A stretch of 64,000 bases of DNA from a virus, in IMG/VR virus record IMGVR_UViG_3300010885_061525, positions 1-64,000 of that record, one strand, 5' to 3'. Within the stretch, counting starts at the first letter, position 1; each line of letters starts with the position of its first letter. Shown here piece after piece: positions 9,107-19,282 of this stretch. The notes beneath the pieces are model-generated. The model saw nothing but the letters and a program-made list of their open reading frames with translations. It had not been told where the DNA came from and made no database searches. Made by a program: the position numbers and the translations under genes.

Positions 9107-10017
9107 TGAAAAAAGCAATAATCTACACAATCATTAATCCAAAACAGCCCGGCAGTCATCTGTCGGGCGGTTTTGCTGCTACAGACTCTCTTATTGAGGC
9201 TATTGAGTCCAATGGATTTACTGTCGATATAATAACACCAGTTGATAAATGGGTTGATCCAACCACTGCTGATCTTTGTATATATGTTGATATATTCAAC
9301 GACCCTGAAGGCAGTAATGGGTGGTTTGAAAAAGAGCATTACGGCAGCTTCTTGAAGGCAAAAAAATACATTGTTCTTGAGTGCGCTTATACTGGATGCA
9401 CTCCAACGCCCTACGGCCTAGGAGGTAGAGTTGATGGTGGCTCTTATGAACAAACGCAGCTATCTGAATATATGGCTCACCTGACTAAAGGATCTTCATT
9501 GAATATCTTTTTAAGCCCATTACATCGCTATGAATTTCAAAAATTCCTTGGGTGTACGATAGATAGAGTTTATGATTTCTTTCAGCCAATTGATATTGAG
9601 GTTTTTAACAATCAGAATAAAGAAAGAGATATTCCGTTTTTGTTTGTTGGAGCTTTAAATTGGTTTAAGGGCTTAGACAATGTGTTGGAAATTTTTGGTA
9701 ATAAGGGACTTCACGTGGTTGGTAGAAGAACTGACGTAGTGTCTGCTCTTCCTAACTCAGTAACCTATCTTGGAGAAAAAACTCCTAAAGAGTTGGCTGA
9801 AGTATACAATAGAACTAAAAGATTCATACATCTTCCAAGATGGCAAGAGCCTTCTGCAAGAACTGTAGTAGAGGCCGCTTTATGTGGATGCGATTTGATA
9901 GTTAACGAAAACGTTGGAGTTTTAAGCTTTGGATATGATATAAGAGATCCAAATCTTAGCGCTCTATCTAAGAGTCACATAAATAAAGTCTTAGGAGAAG
10001 TATTAAATGCTAACTAA
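9106..10017 (+). CDS. GT4-type glycosyltransferase
   Basis: FLFVGALNWFKG, HLPRWQEPSARTVVEAALCG (EX7E). Confidence 0.85.
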   Translation: MKKAIIYTIINPKQPGSHLSGGFAATDSLIEAIESNGFTVDIITPVDKWVDPTTADLCIYVDIFNDPEGSNGWFEKEHYGSFLKAKKYIVLECAYTGCTPTPYGLGGRVDGGSYEQTQLSEYMAHLTKGSSLNIFLSPLHRYEFQKFLGCTIDRVYDFFQPIDIEVFNNQNKERDIPFLFVGALNWFKGLDNVLEIFGNKGLHVVGRRTDVVSALPNSVTYLGEKTPKELAEVYNRTKRFIHLPRWQEPSARTVVEAALCGCDLIVNENVGVLSFGYDIRDPNLSALSKSHINKVLGEVLNAN

Positions 10018-10597
10018 AGTCACTGATTTTATGGGTAAAAGTTTTGGAGAAAACGAAGTTGTAAAAATAGATGTAGCTCATGGTCTTTATGTGCTAGGAC
10101 TTGTTACTGCTTCAAAACCGAAAACCATACTAGAGCTTGGTATTGGATCAGGTTACACTACTGACTTAATAATAAAGGCAGCATCAATTAATCAAAATAA
10201 TCCAAAGATAGACGTAGTAGATAATTGGTCTGATTTTAATTTTCAAGCTCCTATCGATGCTATACAAAAATATTCAAAACTAGTAAACTTAATTAATATG
10301 AGTGAGTTAGAATATGTATTCTCGACTGAAAATCGTTATGATTTCATATTTAGCGATGCGGACCATAATAACACGGATAAATGGTTTTCATATGTATACC
10401 AAAATCTACTTAACCCAGGAGGCTACTTAATGTATCACGATGTAACAAACGCGAGCTTTCCTAATTTGAAAAACATTCTTGCTTTATGCCACATGTCAAA
10501 GCTAAACTATAGACTTTTTTACAAAAATTCTAATAATTCAGAAAGATGCGATAGGGGTCTTCTATGCATTCATAAAGACGAGGTAGTCGCCAAATGA
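10007..10597 (+). CDS. Class I SAM-dependent methyltransferase
   Basis: ILELGIGSG, YDFIFSDADH, LNPGGYLMYHD. Confidence 0.85.
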   Translation: MLTKVTDFMGKSFGENEVVKIDVAHGLYVLGLVTASKPKTILELGIGSGYTTDLIIKAASINQNNPKIDVVDNWSDFNFQAPIDAIQKYSKLVNLINMSELEYVFSTENRYDFIFSDADHNNTDKWFSYVYQNLLNPGGYLMYHDVTNASFPNLKNILALCHMSKLNYRLFYKNSNNSERCDRGLLCIHKDEVVAK

Positions 10598-11214
10598 ACA
10601 CACCATTAGAAACAGACAGTCTTGATTATGACGTTCTTTTTGAAGCGTCAAAAATGATAAAAAATGTAGATGGCGCTATATGTGAAATAGGAACACGGAG
10701 AGGAGGAAGCGTTCAACACATAGTCAAAGGCTTGTTTTCAAACAGCGATTTTGGCAGAAACATTGTATTAATAGATCCATATGGAAATATAGATTACGAC
10801 GCAGGAGAAGTTAGTAAGAACATAAAATTGGATTATACAAATACAATGCGTTATCAAGCGACATCTGATATATGTGAAATGGTTAAGCATTTAAATGTAA
10901 ATATAATATTCATGACTTTAGAGGATTCAGAGTTCATGAAAAGATTCAGCGACGGAGTTCCGTTTTATCTAGATAATAAAAAATTAGAGGATAAATACGC
11001 CTTAGTCTTCTTTGATGGACCTCACTCTAATCTTAAAGTTTTAGAAGAAGCCAAGTTTTTTGTAGAACGTTCTTCACCGGGATCTGTCTTTGTTTTTGAC
11101 GATCTGCCCGCTTACGACCACTCAATCACAGAAGATTACCTTTATAGTAACGGATTCACCTTAATAAGGTATGGTTTACATAAAAACAAAGCGAGCTATG
11201 TAAGACTGAAATGA
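10594..11214 (+). CDS. TylF/MycF-like SAM-dependent O-methyltransferase
   Basis: GAICEIGTRRGGS, ALVFFDGPH, PGSVFVFDD. Confidence 0.8.
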   Translation: MNTPLETDSLDYDVLFEASKMIKNVDGAICEIGTRRGGSVQHIVKGLFSNSDFGRNIVLIDPYGNIDYDAGEVSKNIKLDYTNTMRYQATSDICEMVKHLNVNIIFMTLEDSEFMKRFSDGVPFYLDNKKLEDKYALVFFDGPHSNLKVLEEAKFFVERSSPGSVFVFDDLPAYDHSITEDYLYSNGFTLIRYGLHKNKASYVRLK

Positions 11215-11353
11215 TAGTAAAACTATTCAAATCTATGCGTTATTAATTGTAATTTTCAATAAAACTTTAATGATTAATTAATCCACTTCAAATTTATTGA
11301 AGAATGGGGTTTTCTATACTTTTTGTGGCTTTAAATTTATTTTATAAATATAT

Positions 11354-11854
11354 ATGAAACCTATATCACTTTCAGAATCAGAGATCAAGATTTGCTCGTG
11401 GCTGGCAAGCCATAGATATACTAACAATAGAGCGGGTTCTATAACCGATAGAAAAATAGGGCCTCAGAGCGTGGAATCAACAGACCTTGAAGGAATCTGT
11501 GGAGAGTTTGCTGTTTGTAAATATTTAAATATATATCCAGACCTTTCTATTCACGTTAGAAAAGGCGGGGAAGATGGATTACTAAAGAAGCTCTCCTTTG
11601 ACGTAAAGACGACAAAATATAAAACTGGTAAGCTGATCGCCTCAATAACAAAGAACACCTCTGAGACTAACATCTATATACTTGCGATTGGATTCAAAGG
11701 AGAGTATACAATAGCGGGATGGTGCTTTGCTGTAGATTTATTTAAAGATGAAAACATAACCGATCTTGGTTACGGACCAGTGTATGGTCTTTCCCAAGAT
11801 CGGCTAAATGTTTCTATCGAAGGTCTTAAATTCATTAACGTGATTAATACATGA
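11354..11854 (+). CDS. Conserved phage protein, PD-(D/E)XK-like fold
   Basis: GICGEFAVCKYL...D...DVKTT...IAGW. Confidence 0.6.
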   Translation: MKPISLSESEIKICSWLASHRYTNNRAGSITDRKIGPQSVESTDLEGICGEFAVCKYLNIYPDLSIHVRKGGEDGLLKKLSFDVKTTKYKTGKLIASITKNTSETNIYILAIGFKGEYTIAGWCFAVDLFKDENITDLGYGPVYGLSQDRLNVSIEGLKFINVINT

Positions 11855-11875
11855 TACTCTTACTTAATATTCTTA

Positions 11876-12103
11876 TCAAAAATTTTTCTCGAAGAACACA
11901 GATGGGCATTTACACACGTTATGTCTTAGAGTAATGTCACCCCAGTGAAAAATGTGATGTCCTTTTCTATATAAACAAACGGTTTTTTGATTTTGACATT
12001 CCTTGTAGTCCTTGCAGAATTTAGAGCATGGAGGATCTGGTGACGTATCATAAGAGATCACCTTTATCAATTTACTTAATTCGTTTTTTAATGAATTTTT
12101 CAT
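11876..12103 (-). CDS. Small Cys-rich protein (75 aa) with shared N-terminal leader
   Basis: Likely start ATG 12103 (MKNSLKNELSKLIK); six Cys; follows the 12120 gene on the same strand. Confidence 0.65.
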   Translation of the reverse strand: MKNSLKNELSKLIKVISYDTSPDPPCSKFCKDYKECQNQKTVCLYRKGHHIFHWGDITLRHNVCKCPSVFFEKNF

Positions 12104-12119
12104 AACATTTTTACTTTTA

Positions 12120-13235
12120 TTATCTTCGTCTTGAAGCGTTAGAGTTGGTGGTAGGGGTGGTTGAATTAGGCTTATAGTTGGCAGGAGGCATTCCTCCTGC
12201 AGGAAGAGTTCCGCCTCCGGGAGGGGTTCCTCCTCCGGGAGGGGTTCCTCCTCCGGGAGGATTTCCGTCCGGAGGAGTAGTGTCCTCGTCAGTAGAATTT
12301 CCTTCGTCAGTAGCATCACCGGTCGGAGTTCCGCATTGTAAATCTTTAACTTCACCTAGCAAAGTATCAATATAGCGGTCAGCGTCAATTCCTGCAGGCA
12401 ATATGCCTGCGGCGGTAATAACCCCTGCTAGAGCAGCGCGAGCAGCCGCTAAATCTACCAGTAGCGCTGCTCCTATAGTACCCCCACTAGCCGTATTAAT
12501 TGCTATGGCAGCTATTAGTGCGACTATCAATACTAAATAAGTAGAAATCTGATCAATAGTTTGCCAAGGCACGTTTGAAAATTTATTTCTTAAGTACAAG
12601 GTATATACAGCGGCGGAACTACAGAATTCTGCGCATGTCTTGGCTCCATTGTATAATCCATCTATTATTAGAGCTAGCGCTGCCATTGCAGCGCCAACTC
12701 CCTCTAAGCTCAGCTTCTGTCCTAGTGTAGCCCATTCGTCTTCAGTCAATAAATCCTCACCCACGTTAATCTTTAGAAGTTCAAGTATTTTCTCAGGATC
12801 ACAGCCCTGTCTATTCATCTCTGATAATATCTTCAATAACGAATTCAAAGCCTCGTCTATTCGTATCTTTTCATGTTTCCATAAAATATCTTTAAAATAT
12901 TGACGCATCCCGGGAATTTTTTCGCAACTTATGTTGATTATATGTTTTAAAGCCCCAGCAAGGTCTCCCGGACGCATAGGGATGTTACGACCGCTTTCAT
13001 AATCATGTATCAGCATGCGCTTCTCTTTCAATAAGCTCTCAAACAGATCAGCGCAACGTTTATTTGCTTTCCTCCATAGCACATAAAATAAAACAACTGC
13101 CGCACCGCCGTACCCCGCAATTAGCTGGACCCAAGGACTAGCCCACCAACTAGTGTCCTCTTGAATAACAATAGCGTTAATACTATTTATGAATCTTTGA
13201 GAAGCCAAGGAACGATTACTGTTATTAAATGCCAT
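12120..13235 (-). CDS. Leader-bearing helical membrane protein, paralog A
   Basis: Leader MAFNNSNRSLASQRFINSINAIVIQ; several hydrophobic helices; Pro/Gly tail. Confidence 0.8.
   Translation of the reverse strand: MAFNNSNRSLASQRFINSINAIVIQEDTSWWASPWVQLIAGYGGAAVVLFYVLWRKANKRCADLFESLLKEKRMLIHDYESGRNIPMRPGDLAGALKHIINISCEKIPGMRQYFKDILWKHEKIRIDEALNSLLKILSEMNRQGCDPEKILELLKINVGEDLLTEDEWATLGQKLSLEGVGAAMAALALIIDGLYNGAKTCAEFCSSAAVYTLYLRNKFSNVPWQTIDQISTYLVLIVALIAAIAINTASGGTIGAALLVDLAAARAALAGVITAAGILPAGIDADRYIDTLLGEVKDLQCGTPTGDATDEGNSTDEDTTPPDGNPPGGGTPPGGGTPPGGGTLPAGGMPPANYKPNSTTPTTNSNASRRR
12181..12276 (-). repeat. 18-nt tandem repeat encoding PPGGGT-like units
   Basis: Repeated ggaggggttcctcctccg and degenerate copies. 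Confidence 0.8.
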
Positions 13236-13240
13236 AAATA

Positions 13241-14314
13241 TTAACTCAACTTTCTATTAAAAATTTGTCTTGAAGCGTTAGAGTTGGTGGCAGGAGGGGC
13301 TTTCGGAGGAGGCATTCCTCCTCCAGGAGGAGTGTCATCTTCCTCTTCATCGGTGAAAATTGGCGCGCCTGCAGGAGGAGTGCCATCGTCACTAGTATCT
13401 ACGGCTCGACTTTCGCAACCTATATTGGCAGTTTGATCAAGCAAACTTTGAATAAATTCATCAGTGCTCATTCCATCAGGAACCATCTTGGCCGCCTCAA
13501 CCGCTGCAGAAAGTTGTCCTGTGGCCACAACTAAAAGTGCGGCTGCGCCTCCTACGGTGCCTATTACAGCGCCGGCTCTAACAAGTATATATAGCGCTGC
13601 GACTAATACAATAAGACCGGCAATAACCGATAGAATATCTATCGCAATATCTGGAAATATATTTTTCAAATAATTTGAGACCGCAGCTGCTCTGGAGCAT
13701 GCTCCAGAGCAGGTTTTTTGAAAGTCAAACCAGGCCTTGACCATCCAAGCGGCCAAACCAGCCACAGCAGCAGCTTCAGTCAAATTTTGTAACTTGTCAA
13801 GCTCCTTCCAATGCCCGGCGGGAACTCTATCCTTTGTCATGCTTTTAAGTCTATCAAGGATTTCCTTCATTGTACAACCTGCGTCCAAAGCTTGTTGTAT
13901 TACGTTTCCTACTCTGTTTACGAGGGACGCTCCCAGTTCCGGATTGGAGTAATTGCCAAACTCATCCAGTGGTCCCCTCAATTTATCCATATACTCACCA
14001 AGTCCCGTCCATGAAGTACATTTAATTAGTCGCATTTGCCCCGCCACAAAATTCAAAGCTTTGACCAATTTGTCAAGGGCTTTATCAGCATCTCCCTTCT
14101 TCGCCAAAATCTTGTTCAAAGCTTTGAGGCAGGGATCTTCCTGTCTCTGCCACAGCCGCCATGCAGCGCCTAATAATACAATTCCGGTCGTTAAGTTGGC
14201 TAGGCCCCACTCCCAACCATCCCAATCACCCCAATCCGGTTGAATAACAATAGCATTGATACTATTTATGAATCTTTGAGAAGCAAAGGAGCGATTGCTG
14301 TTATTAAATGCCAT
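13241..14314 (-). CDS. Leader-bearing helical membrane protein, paralog B
   Basis: Leader 24/25 identical to paralog A; shared KTCxxxCS and NSNASR. Confidence 0.8.
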   Translation of the reverse strand: MAFNNSNRSFASQRFINSINAIVIQPDWGDWDGWEWGLANLTTGIVLLGAAWRLWQRQEDPCLKALNKILAKKGDADKALDKLVKALNFVAGQMRLIKCTSWTGLGEYMDKLRGPLDEFGNYSNPELGASLVNRVGNVIQQALDAGCTMKEILDRLKSMTKDRVPAGHWKELDKLQNLTEAAAVAGLAAWMVKAWFDFQKTCSGACSRAAAVSNYLKNIFPDIAIDILSVIAGLIVLVAALYILVRAGAVIGTVGGAAALLVVATGQLSAAVEAAKMVPDGMSTDEFIQSLLDQTANIGCESRAVDTSDDGTPPAGAPIFTDEEEDDTPPGGGMPPPKAPPATNSNASRQIFNRKLS

Positions 14315-14322
14315 AAATATAA

Positions 14323-14328
14323 ATACAC
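14323..14328 (-). promoter_or_regulatory. GTGTAT motif
   Basis: GGTGTATTTATATTTATG before ATG 14314. Confidence 0.55.
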
Positions 14329-14478
14329 CTCAATGGGAGTATTAAGTAAAACCCTCCCGTGCGATTTTAATTAAAGATCTCTTTTTGCCGTTCAATAGTC
14401 CTTTGACATCAAATTGAGATCGATTCTTATCAAAATCCTTAAATAGATCCTTGAAATAGGCCACAATATACACCCACC

Positions 14479-15513
14479 ATGAAAATAGCCTTTATTAATA
14501 ACTTCTACAATTCGGGCGGTTCAACGCAAACTGCTTATGCTTTAGCTGCCGAACTTTGTTCAAATAATCAAATGAGTTTCTACGGGTTTTGGGATGGTCC
14601 ATACAGAGATAAATTCCAAAAATTGGGCAAGGCAAATCTTTTAAAGACTTCTAAAATTTGTGATGGCACATTGGAATTTGAGTACGGTGACGATTTAATC
14701 GAAATGCTAGAAAAAGAAGATCCTGATATTATCCATATATTTTTACCGGGTTTCCAAAACCCAAAATACCTCCCAAAACTTCCGCAGAAAGCAAAAAAGT
14801 TTGTAACTGTATTATGCGAACAGGAGATAATATTTGATCCAAATTTCTTTGATAAGGTCTTTTTTCAATCAAAACACCAAATTAAATTTTGTAAAAATCC
14901 AGAGAATTCTATATGTGTTAGGCCCAGCATAGAACTTGACTTTTCGGAAAAACCTCAAAGTAAAAACCCCGTATTAGCGAGGGTTTCAGCGTTCTGCTCA
15001 TCAAAATTAGTAGATCATACAATGCAATGCGCTTTTAACTCCATGAGTAGCAAATGGATAATAGCAGGGGAGATACAAAGCGTGGAGACGTATGACCAAA
15101 TAATGCGTATTAAAGAAAGCAATAAATTAACCAATGTTGGAATTGTGGCTAATATAAACGAAAGTTTAAAACGCAAAATTATAAGTAATTGTGATATATG
15201 GCATTATCCAACTTCAGGAGAGGTTTTCTGTTTTTCCATTCTTGAAGCTTTTGCGGCCAGAAAGCCTGTCTTATCGTATAAGAACGCAGCCATTCCTGAG
15301 TTGTTTGACTCCGATGAATGGTTGGCAGACGATATTGATGACCTAATAGAAAAAACGGGCCGCTTAATAAGAACTCATCCGTCTGAAAGAGATCTTATAG
15401 GAAAAAATAACTATGGGCTGTATCTTAAGAACTCCCAGCAAATATTCGCTAATAATATCCTTAGTGAATATAAAAAGGCCATGTCTCGAACCCAATCGGC
15501 TCAGTTGCTATAA
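14479..15513 (+). CDS. GT4-type glycosyltransferase
   Basis: MKIAFINNFYNSGG; YPTSGEVFCFSILEAFAARKPV. Confidence 0.85.
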   Translation: MKIAFINNFYNSGGSTQTAYALAAELCSNNQMSFYGFWDGPYRDKFQKLGKANLLKTSKICDGTLEFEYGDDLIEMLEKEDPDIIHIFLPGFQNPKYLPKLPQKAKKFVTVLCEQEIIFDPNFFDKVFFQSKHQIKFCKNPENSICVRPSIELDFSEKPQSKNPVLARVSAFCSSKLVDHTMQCAFNSMSSKWIIAGEIQSVETYDQIMRIKESNKLTNVGIVANINESLKRKIISNCDIWHYPTSGEVFCFSILEAFAARKPVLSYKNAAIPELFDSDEWLADDIDDLIEKTGRLIRTHPSERDLIGKNNYGLYLKNSQQIFANNILSEYKKAMSRTQSAQLL

Positions 15514-15523
15514 TAGGTTCTAA

Positions 15524-17455
15524 ATGTATAAGAATAAAACGCTACCAACTCCGTATCAGCAGTTCATACATCTAAGTAGATATTCTAGATGGCTCTCAGA
15601 TGAAAAGCGAAGAGAAACATGGGAAGAGACTGTCGATAGATACTTTAACTTTTTTAAAGATCATCTCAAGTCTAATCATAGTTATAATTTAGATTCTAAA
15701 CTTGAAAATGAATTGCGTAACGCTATTCTCAATTTAGATATAATGCCAAGCATGCGGGCTTTAATGACAGCTGGTGAAGCTCTTAAAAGAGACAACACCG
15801 CTGGATATAACTGCTCATACGTCGCTGTAAATAATGTGCGCTCATTTGATGAGATCTTATACATACTGATGTGTGGAACCGGAGTTGGATTTAGTGTAGA
15901 AAGACAGTATGTTGAAAAGCTTCCAACAATTGCTGAAACGTTCTACATCTCTGATACGACTATCATTGTACAAGATAGTAAAGCTGGTTGGGCTAAATCG
16001 TTCAAGGAACTTGTCGCCCTACTTATTGGTGGGCAAATACCGAAGTGGGATCTCAGTAAGGTTCGTCTTGCTGGAGCGCGACTTAAAACTTTTGGTGGAA
16101 GAGCCTCGGGACCTGCTCCTCTTGATGACCTCTTCCGATTTACAATTGATGCTTTTAAAAAGGCTGCTGGAAGAAAACTCACTTCCATCGAATGTCATGA
16201 CATCGTTTGTAAGATTGCGGAAGTTGTCGTTGTTGGAGGTGTCAGAAGATCCGCTCTTATCTCTCTTAGTAATCTCACTGACGAAAGAATGCGAGACGCA
16301 AAAAGCGGAGCATGGTGGCACGAAAATCCACAACGCGCGCTTGCTAACAATTCAGTCGCCTATAAAGAAAAGCCTGAAATAGGAACGTTTATGGAGGAGT
16401 GGATCTCCTTATATAAAAGTAAAAGCGGAGAGCGAGGCATTTTCAATAGAGAGGCTTGCAAAAAAACCGTTGCTAAATTAGGCGACAGAAGAGATCCTAA
16501 TTTTGAATTTGGCACTAATCCATGTAGTGAGATTATTCTCAGAGACAAGGAGTTTTGCAACCTGTCAGAAGTCATAGTGAGAGCAAATGATACAGTTGAG
16601 ACACTAGCAAACAAAGTAAGATTGGCAACGATTCTTGGAACATTTCAGGCTTCGCTAACGTATTTTCCATATCTTTCAACCTCTTGGAAGAAAAACTGCG
16701 AAGAAGAGGCCTTGTTGGGAGTCTCACTTACAGGAATAACCGACAATGTCATGATGAGAGATTTAGAAACCATACCAAAAACATTGGATGATCTAAAAAA
16801 CATAGCCATATCGACCAATAAGTTCTTCTCAAAGGAGATTGGAATAAAGCAAGCCGCAGCTATTACCTGCGTAAAACCATCTGGAACAGTATCCCAACTT
16901 GTCGATGCTGCTTCTGGAATCCACGCTAGGCACAATAACTTCTATATAAGAACAGTTAGAGCCGACAAAAAAGACCCTCTGTGTAAAATGATGGTCGATG
17001 CAGGATTTCCATACGAGCCTTGTGTTTCTAAACCCGAGAACACTATGGTCTTTGCGTTCCCTACAAAATCGCCAGAAAAATGCATTACTAGAAATGACAT
17101 GACGGCTTTAGATCAATTAAAGCTTTGGGTTGCTTATCAAAGATATTGGTGCGAACATAAGCCTTCAGTTACTATAACTGTTAAAGAGCATGAATGGATG
17201 GAAGTAGGAGCATGGGTATACAGTCATTTTGATGAGATATCTGGAATATCATTCCTTCCTCACTCAGATCATTCATACAAGCAGGCTCCATATCAGGATT
17301 GCACGAAAGAGCAGTACGAAACAGCGCTTGCCAAAATGCCTAGCGGAATTGATTGGTCTAAACTTTCAGATTACGAATCTGAAGATAATACTAAGGGAAC
17401 TCAGACATACGCTTGCTCTGGTGATTCTTGTGAAGTTGTCGATTTATCAAACTAA
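15524..17455 (+). CDS. nrdJ: Class II (B12-dependent) ribonucleotide reductase
   Basis: YNCS, GTGVGFSVE, VVVGGVRRSALISLS, TNPCSEI, FCNL, VKPSGTVSQL, C-terminal ACSGDSCE. Confidence 0.95.
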   Translation: MYKNKTLPTPYQQFIHLSRYSRWLSDEKRRETWEETVDRYFNFFKDHLKSNHSYNLDSKLENELRNAILNLDIMPSMRALMTAGEALKRDNTAGYNCSYVAVNNVRSFDEILYILMCGTGVGFSVERQYVEKLPTIAETFYISDTTIIVQDSKAGWAKSFKELVALLIGGQIPKWDLSKVRLAGARLKTFGGRASGPAPLDDLFRFTIDAFKKAAGRKLTSIECHDIVCKIAEVVVVGGVRRSALISLSNLTDERMRDAKSGAWWHENPQRALANNSVAYKEKPEIGTFMEEWISLYKSKSGERGIFNREACKKTVAKLGDRRDPNFEFGTNPCSEIILRDKEFCNLSEVIVRANDTVETLANKVRLATILGTFQASLTYFPYLSTSWKKNCEEEALLGVSLTGITDNVMMRDLETIPKTLDDLKNIAISTNKFFSKEIGIKQAAAITCVKPSGTVSQLVDAASGIHARHNNFYIRTVRADKKDPLCKMMVDAGFPYEPCVSKPENTMVFAFPTKSPEKCITRNDMTALDQLKLWVAYQRYWCEHKPSVTITVKEHEWMEVGAWVYSHFDEISGISFLPHSDHSYKQAPYQDCTKEQYETALAKMPSGIDWSKLSDYESEDNTKGTQTYACSGDSCEVVDLSN

Positions 17456-17464
17456 GTAATTACT

Positions 17465-17902
17465 ATGAACATCAACATCAAATTTTTAGAAAACAATCTA
17501 CTTAAACAGCTTCCACTATACGCTACTGAAGGCTCTGCAGGTATGGATTTCTTCGCATGTGGCAATTACGAGCTTCTGCCAGGAGATGTTAGACTTATTA
17601 AAACGGGAATAGCAATGGAGATTCCCGAAGGATACGAGTTACAAATTCGTTCTAGAAGCGGACTGGCTCTTAAAAATAAAATATTTGTACTTAACGCTCC
17701 CGGAACTATTGATTCGGACTATCGTGGAGAGATAGGTGTAATAATTTGCAATGTCGGTCAGTATAGTTATAGAATTAATGAAGGGGATAGGGTCGCTCAA
17801 GGAGTTATATCTAAATATGATAAAGCTGAATTCAATTTAGTGGAAGAGGTTGGTAGCACATTGCGGTCTATAGGGGGTTTCGGGTCTACAGGATTGAAAT
17901 AA
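17465..17902 (+). CDS. dut: dUTPase
   Basis: GSAGMD, RSGLA, GTIDSDYRGEI, GDRVAQ, RSIGGFGSTG. Confidence 0.97.
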   Translation: MNINIKFLENNLLKQLPLYATEGSAGMDFFACGNYELLPGDVRLIKTGIAMEIPEGYELQIRSRSGLALKNKIFVLNAPGTIDSDYRGEIGVIICNVGQYSYRINEGDRVAQGVISKYDKAEFNLVEEVGSTLRSIGGFGSTGLK

Positions 17903-17916
17903 GTGTATAATACTCT

Positions 17917-18294
17917 ATGAGTTTAAGCGCAGAAAAATATGTTATTAAATATAAGATAGAACTGTTTAAACTCTACTCCGCTTTTTATTCGGGTCTTGAG
18001 TTAGATATAGCTCTATATGAAAAAACCGTAGACCAAGAGATGCAAAAAAGAGCTTGTTACTTAGCAGTATTATCTCATAAAAATAAAGATTTTGAATTAA
18101 ACTTTTCGCTAGATAAAGAAGTTGCTAGTTCTAAATCTGATGTCATATTATCTGATGAGTTATTTTCTGTGACGCTGTGTGAGGAGCAAGTTAAAATAGG
18201 CAACCTTAAACGAGCGGGAGATTTTTACATCAGCGATTCATCGGAAAAATTTAAAACTATACCTAAGTATAAAAAATATATAAGAATTATATAA
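17917..18294 (+). CDS. Hypothetical protein
   Basis: ORF preceded by GTGTAT at 17903-17908. Confidence 0.5.
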   Translation: MSLSAEKYVIKYKIELFKLYSAFYSGLELDIALYEKTVDQEMQKRACYLAVLSHKNKDFELNFSLDKEVASSKSDVILSDELFSVTLCEEQVKIGNLKRAGDFYISDSSEKFKTIPKYKKYIRII

Positions 18295-18647
18295 TGCCAA
18301 TATATCCATTTTATTGCGAAAAGTGTGGACATAATGAAGAATTGTTCTTGAAAATGAGCGATTTGAAGCCAGACGTTTGTCCTCAAAAGAATTGTAATGG
18401 AAAGTACATTCGTGACTTTTCTGGAATCAATGCGGTTATGGACTCTAAGCAAGCAAAGACTGTTGGAGATTTGGCTGATAAAAATACTGAAAGAATGGTC
18501 AAGGATGGATCTCTGCCTAAATCAGCATTGAACTGGGATTCTAATAAAAAAGAAATAAAGAAGAAGAAAAGACACGCTGCGGATATAGCTAAAATGACGC
18601 AGACTCAGAAGACTCACTATATAATGACCGGAGAAAAAAAGATATGA
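18294..18647 (+). CDS. FmdB-family zinc-ribbon protein
   Basis: MPIYPFYCEKCGH...CPQKNC. Confidence 0.8.
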   Translation: MPIYPFYCEKCGHNEELFLKMSDLKPDVCPQKNCNGKYIRDFSGINAVMDSKQAKTVGDLADKNTERMVKDGSLPKSALNWDSNKKEIKKKKRHAADIAKMTQTQKTHYIMTGEKKI

Positions 18648-18946
18648 GTATTAAATATTCCTCTATAGAGAAGGATGGATTTAACGCTAATATAGCTACA
18701 ATATATTGTGACTTAAGTGGTCTTAAGATGTTTGAGGTTATAATACGAGAATCGGAACGGGTAAATACTGTTGAGGCTCAATGGGAGGACTCCAACGGTC
18801 AAGTTAGTGGAAAACATGAGATTATTGGTAGTCTATATTGCAGTCCTATTGAAACAGTAAGTCAAAAAACTGCTATAATCAAAATATCAACAGATAAAAA
18901 AGATAATATCTTAATCAATAGATTGGTAATAAAAAAAATCAAATGA
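18644..18946 (+). CDS. Hypothetical protein
   Basis: Coupled ORF. Confidence 0.5.
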   Translation: MSIKYSSIEKDGFNANIATIYCDLSGLKMFEVIIRESERVNTVEAQWEDSNGQVSGKHEIIGSLYCSPIETVSQKTAIIKISTDKKDNILINRLVIKKIK

Positions 18947-19281
18947 AATTTATAAGCGAAACTAGTCAAATGAGAGACGACTTTAAATCAACCAGTGTTT
19001 TTATAGGGACAGGAGGAATAGAAATAAAAGAGGAGAATTCAGCCGCAGCTAAATCCATCATTATGTCCTCGACAAATAAATTCTTTGTAAGATCCTCAAA
19101 AAGACAAAGAAGACTTTTTAATCCGCTTATCGACAAGATAGACCAAAAAAGCGTTTTAAGAACCGAGTTGGAGTTTGAGTTTAGAGAAGTTCCTAAAGAA
19201 TGCTACGATTCTTACGTTGAATTCTTAAAGACAAAACACAGTCTTATGCTAACAAGATCCGAATTATTTTCAAAGAGATAA
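18943..19281 (+). CDS. Hypothetical phage protein
   Basis: Coupled ORF. Confidence 0.55.
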   Translation: MKFISETSQMRDDFKSTSVFIGTGGIEIKEENSAAAKSIIMSSTNKFFVRSSKRQRRLFNPLIDKIDQKSVLRTELEFEFREVPKECYDSYVEFLKTKHSLMLTRSELFSKR

Positions 19282-19282
19282 C

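Noticed and set aside
11215-11353. AT-rich gap as replication origin
   Set aside because: No iterons or DnaA boxes seen; AT richness alone is insufficient
12181-12276. CRISPR-like array
   Set aside because: Contiguous coding repeats without spacers; no cas operon (the Cas4-like nuclease is a typical phage exonuclease)
11876-12355. 159-aa ORF with EEEPLP repeats
   Set aside because: Its N-terminal part is an alternative frame of the PPGGGT repeat in the 12120 gene; the likely start is 12103
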